A DNA stretch of 64,000 nt from Escherichia phage SelmaRatti. The stretch is from the sequence record MZ501103; one strand, 5' to 3'. Of this stretch, positions 38,652 to 46,767 are shown one piece after another. Position 1 is the stretch's first letter. The number at the start of each line of letters is the position of its first letter. The translations under genes were made by a program, and so were the position numbers. Below the pieces are notes generated by a model. That model was not told where the DNA came from. It ran no database searches and saw only the letters and a program-made list of their open reading frames with translations.

Positions 38652-39023
38652 ATGAATACTAATAAGAAAGGAAATATAGGGCTAGGAAGTGCGATTGCTC
38701 ACTTTACTAGTAAAGGTTTGATTGTTTCACTACCTTTAAATGACAGTCAAGATTACGATCTAATCGTAGATATGGGGGGTACTCTAAATAAAGTTCAGGT
38801 GAAATATACCTCCCAAAAGGCACCCTCTGGTAGTTATATTCTAGCTATGAGAAGTACAAGTGGCACTTCTAGAGTAGCGTATAAGACTCTTAATGAAACT
38901 AATATTGATTTAGTGTTTGTGTATACTGATCAGTATCAGTTGTTAATTCCAATTAAGAAATTAACTAATAAAAATCAAACTACCCTTACTAAAGAATTAG
39001 TACAAGAATTCCGAGTTATATAA
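38652..39023 (+). CDS. hypothetical protein, possible PD-(D/E)xK nuclease fold
   Basis: ATG 38652 chosen because the longer ORF starts inside the promoter; DYDLIVD...KVQVK motif. Confidence 0.4.
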   Translation: MNTNKKGNIGLGSAIAHFTSKGLIVSLPLNDSQDYDLIVDMGGTLNKVQVKYTSQKAPSGSYILAMRSTSGTSRVAYKTLNETNIDLVFVYTDQYQLLIPIKKLTNKNQTTLTKELVQEFRVI

Positions 39024-39025
39024 AA

Positions 39026-39115
39026 GGAAGAATACGTTAAAAGGTAAACGAGCTGATTGCTAATCAGTAGCTCTGAAATATAGCCTTGTGGGTTCGATTC
39101 CCACTTCTTCCGCCA
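39026..39115 (+). tRNA. tRNA-Ser (anticodon GCT), type II
   Basis: Acceptor ggaagaa/ttcttcc, anticodon loop ttgctaa, long variable arm, T-arm gtggg-ttcgatt-cccac, encoded CCA. Confidence 0.7.
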
Positions 39116-39121
39116 AACATA

Positions 39122-39196
39122 GGGTCGGTAGCTTAAAGTTAAAGCGGTGGCCTCATAAGCTAACGAGTAGGAGTTAGATTCTCCTCCGACCCACCA
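39122..39196 (+). tRNA. tRNA with anticodon CAT (Met or Ile2)
   Basis: Acceptor gggtcgg/ccgaccc perfect, anticodon loop ctcataa, T-arm aggag-ttagatt-ctcct, encoded CCA. Confidence 0.6.
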
Positions 39197-39211
39197 AATT
39201 AAGGAAATAAG

Positions 39212-39379
39212 ATGTATAGACATCCACCTCCGCCAACACGTCGTTCTAGAGAAGTTATCCTCATGGAATTGACTAAAAACTTCAAGGCAACTCTTGAAGA
39301 TAGAGATTTAGGCACAGATGAAGATGTTGATTTCATCTGTAAACTATTAAAAATGAAACTGGAGAAACAACATGGCTAA
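39212..39379 (+). CDS. small hypothetical protein (55 aa)
   Basis: RBS aagga; stop overlaps next ORF start. Confidence 0.3.
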   Translation: MYRHPPPPTRRSREVILMELTKNFKATLEDRDLGTDEDVDFICKLLKMKLEKQHG

Positions 39380-39578
39380 TCCTGAAATTACCGCACAACG
39401 TTTCATGCTTAAAGGCATGATTGCTGAGGCAGGTATGACTCAAGAAGTTGTAGATTTTCAAAAGCAATTCCTCAATATTCTCACTCAAGCCAAAGAGCTA
39501 GGAGAGAAAGAACATGGAGCAGCAATTATGGCTATATCTCTTATTAGTCTAGACTTGGCTGAAGAATCAGGAGTTTAA
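39372..39578 (+). CDS. hypothetical protein (68 aa)
   Basis: ORF. Confidence 0.4.
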   Translation: MANPEITAQRFMLKGMIAEAGMTQEVVDFQKQFLNILTQAKELGEKEHGAAIMAISLISLDLAEESGV

Positions 39579-39608
39579 CTCCTCCAAGCAGAAATTTTAA
39601 AAATGTAC

Positions 39609-39638
39609 TTGCCTTTTGCTTTAAATTTCTGATATAAT
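39609..39638 (+). promoter_or_regulatory. sigma70-type early promoter
   Basis: TTGCCT-18-TATAAT. Confidence 0.5.
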
Positions 39639-39649
39639 AGTTATATAAA

Positions 39650-39943
39650 TTGATGAGAGGAATCAGAATGTCAAAACGTGTTACAGCAACTGGTATTGAA
39701 AGTGTAATCTGCAAATCCTGGGAAGACAGGGAAGGTGAGATTGAATGGCTTTATTTCTATGATGTAGAACTTCTACCGGAAGTTAAAGCTAAATGTATTG
39801 AAGCTGGTATGGCTCCTGATGCTACTGCTGATGTTGAGATTATCATGAATAAGCTAGAGGGTCTGGTAATCACTGTTAGTGATGAGGGCGAAGAAGTCTT
39901 CGAACTTCCGTTCTCCTTAACTGTCACTCCTAAGTTCGACTAA
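39650..39943 (+). CDS. hypothetical protein (97 aa)
   Basis: Promoter 39609-39638, RBS gagagg. Confidence 0.45.
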   Translation: MMRGIRMSKRVTATGIESVICKSWEDREGEIEWLYFYDVELLPEVKAKCIEAGMAPDATADVEIIMNKLEGLVITVSDEGEEVFELPFSLTVTPKFD

Positions 39944-39979
39944 CTAATACAGCACTGAGCAAGTTCTTCAAAATTTTAC

Positions 39980-40008
39980 TTGCTCAGTGCCATAAAACTT
40001 GATATAAT
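39980..40008 (+). promoter_or_regulatory. sigma70-type early promoter upstream of tRNA-Tyr
   Basis: TTGCTC-17-TATAAT; -35 lies inside an 11-bp inverted repeat. Confidence 0.5.
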
Positions 40009-40071
40009 AGTTATCTAATTTGGAAACATATTTAAAAGTGTTTAAACTAGTATTTGAATACTTTTAAATGT

Positions 40072-40155
40072 GCATCGTTGGCAGAATGGCTATTGCAGCG
40101 GTCTGTAAATCCGTGCCCTTCGGGGTTGGTGGTTCAAATCCATCACGATGCACCA
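40072..40155 (+). tRNA. tRNA-Tyr (anticodon GTA), long variable arm
   Basis: Acceptor gcatcgt/acgatgc perfect, anticodon loop ctgtaaa, variable hairpin gccc-ttcg-gggt, encoded CCA. Confidence 0.7.
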
Positions 40156-40172
40156 AATTAAAGGAGCTGCTG

Positions 40173-40445
40173 ATGCATCCTGAAAACTTCTTTATTTACT
40201 GCGAGGATAAGTAGCTGAAACGTAGAATTAACAAAGTCTATCATTATCGTGCTAGTCAACAGCCTTATATATACGCTTTTGACGGTGATCACATTCCACT
40301 AGAACAATTATCCTGTGATTACATGATATTGAAGAACTTTGACGAGACAAAGATCTCAAGCGTTCATAATCGACAGAATCCATTAACGTGGAAATATAAG
40401 AAGAAAAAGAAAGGCATCAAATTCTTAAAAAATGTAGTTGCTTAG
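40173..40445 (+). pseudogene. ORF with strong RBS interrupted by in-frame TAG at codon 14 (40212-40214); pseudogene or amber read-through
   Basis: aaggag then ATG 40173; 13 codons, TAG, then 76 further sense codons in frame. Confidence 0.3.
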
Positions 40446-40466
40446 TTTCCAAAAGTTCTGTATAAT
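40438..40466 (+). promoter_or_regulatory. sigma70-type early promoter upstream of tRNA-Cys
   Basis: TTGCTT-17-TATAAT then cataaattgaa. Confidence 0.55.
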
Positions 40467-40514
40467 AATTACATAAATTGAACTGGAGAAGCAACATGAC
40501 AGAACAAGGTAAAT

Positions 40515-40587
40515 CGACCGTTGGCTGAATTGCTTAGGTGAAGGATTGCAAATCCTTTTTATGTGAGTTCAAATCTCATGCGGTCGT
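40515..40587 (+). tRNA. tRNA-Cys (anticodon GCA)
   Basis: Acceptor cgaccgt/gcggtcg (one G-U), anticodon arm aagga-ttgcaaa-tcctt perfect, T-arm gtgag-ttcaaat-ctcat. Confidence 0.65.
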
Positions 40588-40596
40588 CTAAATTTT

Positions 40597-40680
40597 AGGG
40601 TCGTTAGCCAAGTGGTTTGGCGGCGGATTGTTAATCCGTGTCGAAAGACAACGTAGGTTCGATTCCTGCACCCGCTGCCA
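40597..40680 (+). tRNA. tRNA-like gene, candidate Asn (GTT); acceptor stem imperfect
   Basis: D-arm, anticodon arm gcgga-ttgttaa-tccgt, T-arm and CCA fold well, but acceptor pairs only 4/7 and an extra gtc-gaaa-gac hairpin sits in the variable region. Confidence 0.35.
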
Positions 40681-40700
40681 TCTTAATAGAGGATTTCGAA

Positions 40701-40865
40701 ATGAAAGTATTTCGATTAGTAGTAAGTGATCGACGTTCTAGCAAAGATCGTTCGAAGTATACCTTAGCCCACTATGGTAAAGATGAAAAAGAAGTAATGG
40801 TGGAGTTTGGGATTAATCATCGCTACTTAGAAGTTTACTCTATTAAGGAAGTTTATCCGTATTAA
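40701..40865 (+). CDS. small hypothetical protein (54 aa)
   Basis: RBS agagga then ATG 40701; the longer ORF would start inside the preceding tRNA. Confidence 0.35.
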   Translation: MKVFRLVVSDRRSSKDRSKYTLAHYGKDEKEVMVEFGINHRYLEVYSIKEVYPY

Positions 40866-40943
40866 GGGTCGTTAGCTCAATTGGTTAGTAGCACTTGCCT
40901 TTTAAGCAATAGGTTGAAGGTTCGAGTCCTTCACTACCCACCA
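40866..40943 (+). tRNA. tRNA-Lys (anticodon TTT)
   Basis: Acceptor gggtcgt/actaccc (one mismatch), anticodon loop cttttaa, T-arm gaagg-ttcgagt-ccttc, encoded CCA. Confidence 0.6.
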
Positions 40944-40950
40944 AATTTTT

Positions 40951-41024
40951 GCTCGGTTAGTTTAATGGGAGAACCCCGTCTTTACACGGCGGTTGCGATA
41001 GTTCGATTCTATCACCGAGTACCA
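40951..41024 (+). tRNA. tRNA-Val (anticodon TAC)
   Basis: Acceptor gctcggt/accgagt, D-arm gttt/gaac, anticodon arm ccgtc-tttacac-ggcgg, T-arm gatag-ttcgatt-ctatc, encoded CCA. Confidence 0.75.
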
Positions 41025-41043
41025 ATTAACTCAAAATAAGGAA

Positions 41044-41409
41044 TTGCAAATGCAATTATCAAGCAAGATTCAAGGTTATTTCGGTCATGTGACAATGGAG
41101 TTCGCTATCTCTAAAGGTTGGGATTTCGAGCAAGATCTAGCTGAGTTCTACAAAGATATTGATCTGAACGTACCGTATATGGGACTTTCTACTGGTCAGG
41201 AGATCACAGAAGCCGATGTATTCAAGGCAAGTCAAGGTGAGATAACACCTAGTTTTGCCACTTTTTGGAGTGGCTTCACAATTAAAGAAGAAGCTCCAGA
41301 TGATGATGTATTTATGCAAAGCATGCACTCTGGGAGTTCTGATATGTTATTTGTTAAAGATGTACGACATATCCAAGAAGTGGTAAAAACGTATTTGCAA
41401 AATGCTTAA
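41044..41409 (+). CDS. hypothetical protein (121 aa)
   Basis: ORF with RBS aaggaa. Confidence 0.45.
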   Translation: MQMQLSSKIQGYFGHVTMEFAISKGWDFEQDLAEFYKDIDLNVPYMGLSTGQEITEADVFKASQGEITPSFATFWSGFTIKEEAPDDDVFMQSMHSGSSDMLFVKDVRHIQEVVKTYLQNA

Positions 41410-41423
41410 TTTCTTGTTATAAT
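41395..41423 (+). promoter_or_regulatory. sigma70-type early promoter driving unannotated RNA region
   Basis: TTGCAA-17-TATAAT then tataaattgatg. Confidence 0.5.
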
Positions 41424-41756
41424 ATTTATATAAATTGATGCGAAAATAGCTGCCTAGATACCAGGTGTATGACGTCTACACTAGCAGAGCTACCGAAAAA
41501 GAGATCCTCAGGATAAACGTCGTAGCAAAATTAGTCTGGTATCCATCAATTTAGTTCACTAAGGTATTAGCTCGACCTAGGACTGGCTGCCAAAAAGCAC
41601 GACCCCTACGACTCGGGAGAAGTTCTAGATTAGTCCACTAGATTCAGCGGCAACTGAATAGTGTATCGGGTTTGTGAAGAGCGGCTATCCTCTACTGGCT
41701 AATGTATGAGGTTAGTACGCACACCGAGCTAATAGCCTTAGTAAACTAAAGAATTT

Positions 41757-41831
41757 GGGCGAATAGTGTCAGCGGGAGCACACCAGACTTGCAATCTGGG
41801 AGGGAGGGTTCGAGCCACTCTTTGTCCACCA
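41757..41831 (+). tRNA. tRNA-Ala (anticodon TGC)
   Basis: Acceptor gggcgaa/tttgtcc (G-U pairs incl. G3-U70), anticodon arm ccaga-cttgcaa-tctgg perfect, T-loop ttcgagc, encoded CCA. Confidence 0.6.
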
Positions 41832-41955
41832 AATTAAAAAGAATGCGCGCGATTGACGGAATAGGTATACGTGTAAGCCTTAGAAGTTGAATTTTGAGGG
41901 TTCGAATCCCATCGAGGCGTAACTGCCTGGTGTGATAGAGGCATCATCTTATTAT

Positions 41956-42046
41956 TGGAAGAGCAAATCGAATTGGCGACGAAAACCGCTGGGAAAGTGG
42001 CTGACTGGTAAAACGGCTTGAGAGTTCAAATCTCTCCTCTTCCGCC
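41956..42046 (+). tRNA. type II tRNA-like gene (Leu/Ser class?), anticodon arm not resolved
   Basis: Perfect acceptor ggaagag/ctcttcc, T-arm gagag-ttcaaat-ctctc, CCA, D-loop gaattggcgac; no canonical anticodon stem found by hand. Confidence 0.35.
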
Positions 42047-42059
42047 AAACAATTTATAA

Positions 42060-42154
42060 GGTAGGTCAATCCAACGGCTGGCGATGGACTCCGACTTGAA
42101 ATCGGTTGATCGTAGTGATACGGTGTAAGGGTTCGATCCCCTTACCTACCTCCA
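42060..42154 (+). tRNA. tRNA-Ser (anticodon TGA), type II
   Basis: Acceptor ggtaggt/acctacc perfect, anticodon loop cttgaaa, variable hairpin cgta-gtga-tacg, T-arm aaggg-ttcgatc-ccctt, CCA. Confidence 0.65.
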
Positions 42155-42628
42155 AATCTTGAAGTATGCCGGAATCGGTAGACGGGGCTTCCTAAAGGGC
42201 GTAAGGGGAACATCCACTCCTCATAAGATACCCGAAAACGAGGCTGAGATAAATGGTCTATCTCGTGAAGGTTCAAGTCCTTCTGCTTCTTGATACCTCT
42301 ATGGCTCAAAGTGTAACGGTGCTATTTGATGCTCTTAGTAAGACTTTCCCGACATGCGTTCGGGGGTAAGCTGCTAAGACTAGAGTAGAAGAGTTTCGGA
42401 GAGCCGCCACAATTGAAAATTCGTACTCGTCTTGAGCTGCGTGCAATAGGAGATAACTTGATTAGTATTCTAGAACATGCTAATTGAGGAAGGTTTCTCT
42501 AACCCTGCGAGTTTTCAATTGTGGCTATATCATAATTGGTTAATGATCCTGATTGTGAATCAGGCCTTCCAAGCCTCGCTGAGTAGGGTTCGATTCCCTC
42601 TAGCAGCTCCAACTTTAAGGAAACATTT

Positions 42629-42850
42629 ATGCACGTTTTTGAGTTTAGTGATAAAAGTAACAATAAACGAGTTATTGTTATTGGAGAAACATACCGAGCT
42701 TATGAACAAACTGACGGCTCTGTTATCTTGAATGATGAGAAAGCTGGTTTCAGTTTCTATCCTGACGAACCTTATGAAGAGTTTCGTACTAAGTTTCTTT
42801 TACCAGACTGGCTAGCAGTAGCCGAGCAACGAGAATCCAAAGATGGCTGA
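42629..42850 (+). CDS. hypothetical protein (73 aa)
   Basis: RBS aaggaaa; first ORF after tRNA cluster. Confidence 0.45.
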   Translation: MHVFEFSDKSNNKRVIVIGETYRAYEQTDGSVILNDEKAGFSFYPDEPYEEFRTKFLLPDWLAVAEQRESKDG

Positions 42851-43365
42851 TAATCTAAAATTAAGGTTGACAAACAAAAGAAATACGTTGAGGTTGAATT
42901 AGGCGAATAACGCTTAAAGCTAACTTTCGAGTTTCTTCAGCAGTTGGCTATGACAGTTATGACTGATAAGTCTCCTGTTATTGAAAAAGAAATCCCGTTG
43001 AAATAATGGGATCATCGCTCTTAAAGCATTGCCGGAGATGCAACGGTCTTGTAAACCGTGGAACGGGCGTGACAGCAGGAAGTAGACTGCAACTCCATGC
43101 TATCCAGGAGTATAAATGTAGAAGCTAAGACTTTAGATAGCCATTGTCTTAGCGTGAGCAATCACGTAGTTGCAACAGACCAGGGGGATCGCAACGTTAA
43201 AATCAAAGCTCCTGTACTTATTAAACTTAATGGGACTATCAATCCACAAGCCGGACTACGAGCGATTATCGGGTATTCACTTAATAAGCAAGCCTGCCTT
43301 CCAGTTTTTATCTTGCTTCTGGGTTAACAAAAAGCTGAGCCAAATTCTAACATCAGGGAGATCTA

Positions 43366-43734
43366 ATGAAAGCGTATCAAAACCTTAAATCTGGCGTAAT
43401 TAACATTGTTCATAACAATCAGATCATTCAACTATGTTCTAAAGATGGTGAACTTAAACAGAAAGTTCTAGTCGAAGATCTAGAAGGTATCACACCTCAC
43501 TTTGACCCTGAGGCCTTTCGCATTGTAGATGTGGAAGTGATTCCTCAAATCGAGGGAGGTCAGCACCTAAATGTCAATGTGTTAAGTCGTGATCAGCTTT
43601 TGGATGCACAGAAACATCCTGAAAAATACCCTCAATTAACTATCCGTGTTTCAGGGTATGCTGTACGTTTTAACTCACTGACGCGTGAACAGCAGAACGA
43701 CGTTATTAGTCGTACATTTACTCAGGCGATGTAA
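43366..43734 (+). CDS. autonomous glycyl-radical cofactor (GrcA/YfiD-like)
   Basis: [11 protein letters not shown]...[24 protein letters not shown]...RTF matches the GrcA/PFL glycyl-radical signature. Confidence 0.8.
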   Translation: MKAYQNLKSGVINIVHNNQIIQLCSKDGELKQKVLVEDLEGITPHFDPEAFRIVDVEVIPQIEGGQHLNVNVLSRDQLLDAQKHPEKYPQLTIRVSGYAVRFNSLTREQQNDVISRTFTQAM

Positions 43735-43815
43735 TGGGGCTTGGATACGGTTTCTACGAACTACGTAAGGTAGTCGAGCAAACTCCATTTATCTCCCAAG
43801 TTTTAGGAGAAATGT

Positions 43816-44061
43816 GTGGATCGAGCATTAAGACGTCATCACCGGCAACGTGTAAAGAACAACCGCAAGAAGTATTGGACAGTCTTCCCACATGAAGAAA
43901 GCCCTAAGCGGTTAGGTATTATCACTACTACTCCTTGCATCTGTTCTTGTTGGATGTGCGGGAATCCTCGCAAACACTTTAAGAATAGTAAAGCAGGGAT
44001 GAAAACCTCGGAGATTAGGAAAATGGTGGATGGTAAGCTTTGGCGTGATCATGTGAAATAG
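43816..44061 (+). CDS. hypothetical Cys-rich small protein (GTG start)
   Basis: RBS aggag 6 nt before GTG; CICSCWMCGNPRKHF. Confidence 0.35.
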   Translation: MDRALRRHHRQRVKNNRKKYWTVFPHEESPKRLGIITTTPCICSCWMCGNPRKHFKNSKAGMKTSEIRKMVDGKLWRDHVK

Positions 44062-44215
44062 TTTGCTCTTTTTCCTGATGATGATGTATCATGTATGGCA
44101 GTGAAGCCTTGAGCCTTGAGCTTTCGCTTTAATGCATTGTGAAATTTTTATAGATTCACAATGACATTAAGGCCACGCTCCACCGAAAGGTGATAATGGC
44201 AAGAGATTTGGATGA

Positions 44216-44246
44216 GGCTCGACAGGAAACTGTCGGGCCTTTTCTA
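44216..44246 (+). terminator. rho-independent terminator
   Basis: cgacag-gaaa-ctgtcg extended stem then ttttct. Confidence 0.5.
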
Positions 44247-44320
44247 TATACAGGTAAATAATTTATGTATAACAAAATTCATCCACATTAGGTTAATTTA
44301 AAAGACTTAATGGAGGTAAT

Positions 44321-44668
44321 ATGAGCCGTACTTATCGTAGACAATCTGGTGATCAGTGGTGGAAGTCTAAAGCTAATTACACCCAGGGATATACTTTCCT
44401 CAAAGCAAGTGGCTACTACATTCGTGTTATTTATGCTAAATCCTGGGATGAGGTAGAACAGGAAATGGAAGAAGCAACCATTAGTAATGAGAAAAAGGAT
44501 GGTTATAACTGGAATTCTGTTAGTAAGAATGTTAAGTGGCATTCTAATAAAATGGTTCGTCAAGGAAATCGTCAAGAACTCCACCGCGTGATGAAAGATC
44601 CAGAAAATTATGACTATAATCGCGATCATGACATGCGTAAGCGTGGATTATGGTGGTGCTATGATTGA
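44321..44668 (+). CDS. hypothetical protein (115 aa)
   Basis: RBS ggaggtaat; follows terminator. Confidence 0.4.
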   Translation: MSRTYRRQSGDQWWKSKANYTQGYTFLKASGYYIRVIYAKSWDEVEQEMEEATISNEKKDGYNWNSVSKNVKWHSNKMVRQGNRQELHRVMKDPENYDYNRDHDMRKRGLWWCYD

Positions 44669-45182
44669 GAACAAAATGGAAGAATGGAAAATCATCGAGA
44701 ATTTTCCATCTTATGAGGTTTCTAGCTTAGGTAGGGTTAGAAACTTAAAAACAGGAAAAATCCGAAAACCCGTAGTACATCACAGTGGATACTTACAACT
44801 AAACCTAGTAAAGAAAGATGGGTCTAAAAAGACTGTGTATATCCATAGGGTAGTGGCCTTTGCTTTCTGCAATCCTCCTAAAAACTGGAAAGAATTAACT
44901 GTCAATCATAAAGATGGAAATAAGGAAAATGTAGAGGCTACTAACCTAGAGTGGATTAGTATGTCAGATAATTTAAAACACACAAGACTTACTGGTTTAA
45001 ATCATATAGATGGTGAAATGAACGGTAGGGCTTTATTAACAGCAGAACAGGTTCTTTGGATACGGAATGTTTATATACCCAGGGACAAGGAATTTGGGCA
45101 GAAAGCCCTTGCAGAAAAATTCAATGTTAGCAAAGCCACTATAAGCCATATAATAACACGTAGGACTTGGACAGAAATTTAA
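44661..45182 (+). CDS. HNH homing endonuclease with NUMOD4-like N-terminus
   Basis: WKIIENFPSYEVSSLGRVRN then HRVVAFAF...VNHKDGNKENV.NLEW; start placed at ATGA overlap. Confidence 0.65.
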   Translation: MIENKMEEWKIIENFPSYEVSSLGRVRNLKTGKIRKPVVHHSGYLQLNLVKKDGSKKTVYIHRVVAFAFCNPPKNWKELTVNHKDGNKENVEATNLEWISMSDNLKHTRLTGLNHIDGEMNGRALLTAEQVLWIRNVYIPRDKEFGQKALAEKFNVSKATISHIITRRTWTEI

Positions 45183-45191
45183 ATAATTCAT

Positions 45192-45220
45192 TTGCTAAAC
45201 CTCTCTTTTCTTGCTATAAT
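45192..45220 (+). promoter_or_regulatory. sigma70-type early promoter
   Basis: TTGCTA-17-TATAAT. Confidence 0.55.
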
Positions 45221-45250
45221 ATGTTTATAAATTGATGAGAGAGGTTTGAA

Positions 45251-45532
45251 ATGAAAACTCGTCTAGATTGTGCTGTTCATGTTCTTGAACATGATGTTGT
45301 GGGAACCTGTATGTCTTACCACGAAGCAGGTCGCTTAATTAAAGAACGTGTGGCAGATGTGTGCGGATTGAAGATTACTGTTAAGGAAGCTGATGATCTT
45401 TTAGGTCAAGCACTAGAGAAAACCGAAATGTTTCTCTGCGATTCTTGTTCTTGGTGGTGTGAAGCTCACGAACGTTCTTTCAACGATTATGATGTATGTC
45501 GTGATTGTAGTGGGGAGGATGAAGATGAATAA
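45251..45532 (+). CDS. hypothetical Cys-rich protein ending ...CSGEDEDE
   Basis: Promoter 45192-45220, RBS gagagg. Confidence 0.45.
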   Translation: MKTRLDCAVHVLEHDVVGTCMSYHEAGRLIKERVADVCGLKITVKEADDLLGQALEKTEMFLCDSCSWWCEAHERSFNDYDVCRDCSGEDEDE

Positions 45533-45824
45533 GTTTATTATTGCACTGATGATCTCCGCAGTTAGTTTCGGTTCTCTGGCATCTACCAAAGTTTCTATGA
45601 AAAACGGGAATGTTAGGATACAACAGAACGGCATTATTACCGAGTATGGTAAAGTTCGTGATGTTAAAGAACGTAATGGTAAAGTAGAAATCTATACTAA
45701 TAAAAACTTCTCTACTCCAGCCGTTACTATTAGCAAACACGGTGAAATAACCACTCAACGTACTAATAGCTCCGGTTCTTTTACTTGTCGTTATGATTGC
45801 GACTTTGAAGGTGAAGATGAATAA
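45525..45824 (+). CDS. small secreted protein (signal peptide) ending ...CDFEGEDE
   Basis: RBS ggggagg; start overlaps previous stop in the motif gaagATGaaTAA. Confidence 0.45.
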   Translation: MNKFIIALMISAVSFGSLASTKVSMKNGNVRIQQNGIITEYGKVRDVKERNGKVEIYTNKNFSTPAVTISKHGEITTQRTNSSGSFTCRYDCDFEGEDE

Positions 45825-46212
45825 TTTAGACCCTAGAATTAAATTTGCTATTACAGAAATCCAAGATCAAATTGATGAGGACTTCACTGTTTGGTCAAGG
45901 TCTGGTAATGGAGAATATTGCCAGCTTTATAGCATGAAAATGGGTATCTCAATTGAGCTTAATATCAACTCTGAAGGTAGAGTAGAAGCCCAACCTATGT
46001 TTAGTATTCCAGGCTTCTCTGGATTTGTTGCAGGTATGAAATTGTGTCTACCAAATAACCATCTTCATCGAGTTATTTGTCAACTAGAGACTATTAAACA
46101 CTTCTTACCAGAAGATAACATTAATGACCACTACCATGAAGTAGTAGCAGCTCATATGATGAAAGAATGCAAACGTCGGAGAGAAGAACGTGAAAAAGCT
46201 AAACATCAATAG
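45817..46212 (+). CDS. hypothetical protein (131 aa)
   Basis: Same gaagATGaaTAA start/stop junction as previous gene. Confidence 0.45.
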   Translation: MNNLDPRIKFAITEIQDQIDEDFTVWSRSGNGEYCQLYSMKMGISIELNINSEGRVEAQPMFSIPGFSGFVAGMKLCLPNNHLHRVICQLETIKHFLPEDNINDHYHEVVAAHMMKECKRRREEREKAKHQ

Positions 46213-46486
46213 CACAGTGCAGATTCCAGCAACTAAGGATATTTTAACATTCCTACGTAGTGAAAACACTCAGTTTTGGCACGACTATATTCAGGAAAAT
46301 AAAAATAATCCAGATATAGTGGCTTTTGCCAAAAAACGTATTGGTGAATATAAAGATCCAGAGATTAAAGATGGGATGATTACCATGCAATTATGGATAG
46401 CTATGAAAACCTTTGGACCCACTATGAGTCTAGGATTTACTCCACTGTTTACTAATATTCTAATTAATGAAAAGGATCTGAAATGA
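46190..46486 (+). CDS. hypothetical protein (98 aa)
   Basis: ORF. Confidence 0.4.
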   Translation: MKKLNINSTVQIPATKDILTFLRSENTQFWHDYIQENKNNPDIVAFAKKRIGEYKDPEIKDGMITMQLWIAMKTFGPTMSLGFTPLFTNILINEKDLK

Positions 46487-46767
46487 TTATCTCTCCGTTT
46501 GCTCTTTGGTTCGTCATTGGCTCTGTGGTTGCTATTTACAGCTGTGTTGACGATGTGTTCTTCTCGAAAAACAAGGCTGTATTATTAGAGCATCTGTGGC
46601 GAACTTCCCCAGATACTTTAATCTTCTTTGGTGCGGAAAAGGGATACAAGATCGCCCTAGTGATATTTATTATAATTGACACATTATTAGGGCCAGTAGC
46701 TCTCTACGGATTCTATCGTAAAACCCGCAAGATGAAACAACTCAAAGCTAAATACTTTGGGAAGTAA
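46483..46767 (+). CDS. small membrane protein
   Basis: Two hydrophobic helices. Confidence 0.4.
   Translation: MIISPFALWFVIGSVVAIYSCVDDVFFSKNKAVLLEHLWRTSPDTLIFFGAEKGYKIALVIFIIIDTLLGPVALYGFYRKTRKMKQLKAKYFGK

Noticed and set aside
38975-39223. Minus-strand ORF 38975-39223
   Set aside because: Overlaps two plus-strand tRNA genes
42477-42731. Plus-strand ORF 42477-42731
   Set aside because: Runs through tRNA-like sequence and overlaps the better-supported 42629-42850 ORF
43097-43388. ORFs 43097-43327 and 43170-43388 in the GrcA leader
   Set aside because: No RBS, overlapping each other in different frames; treated as untranslated leader
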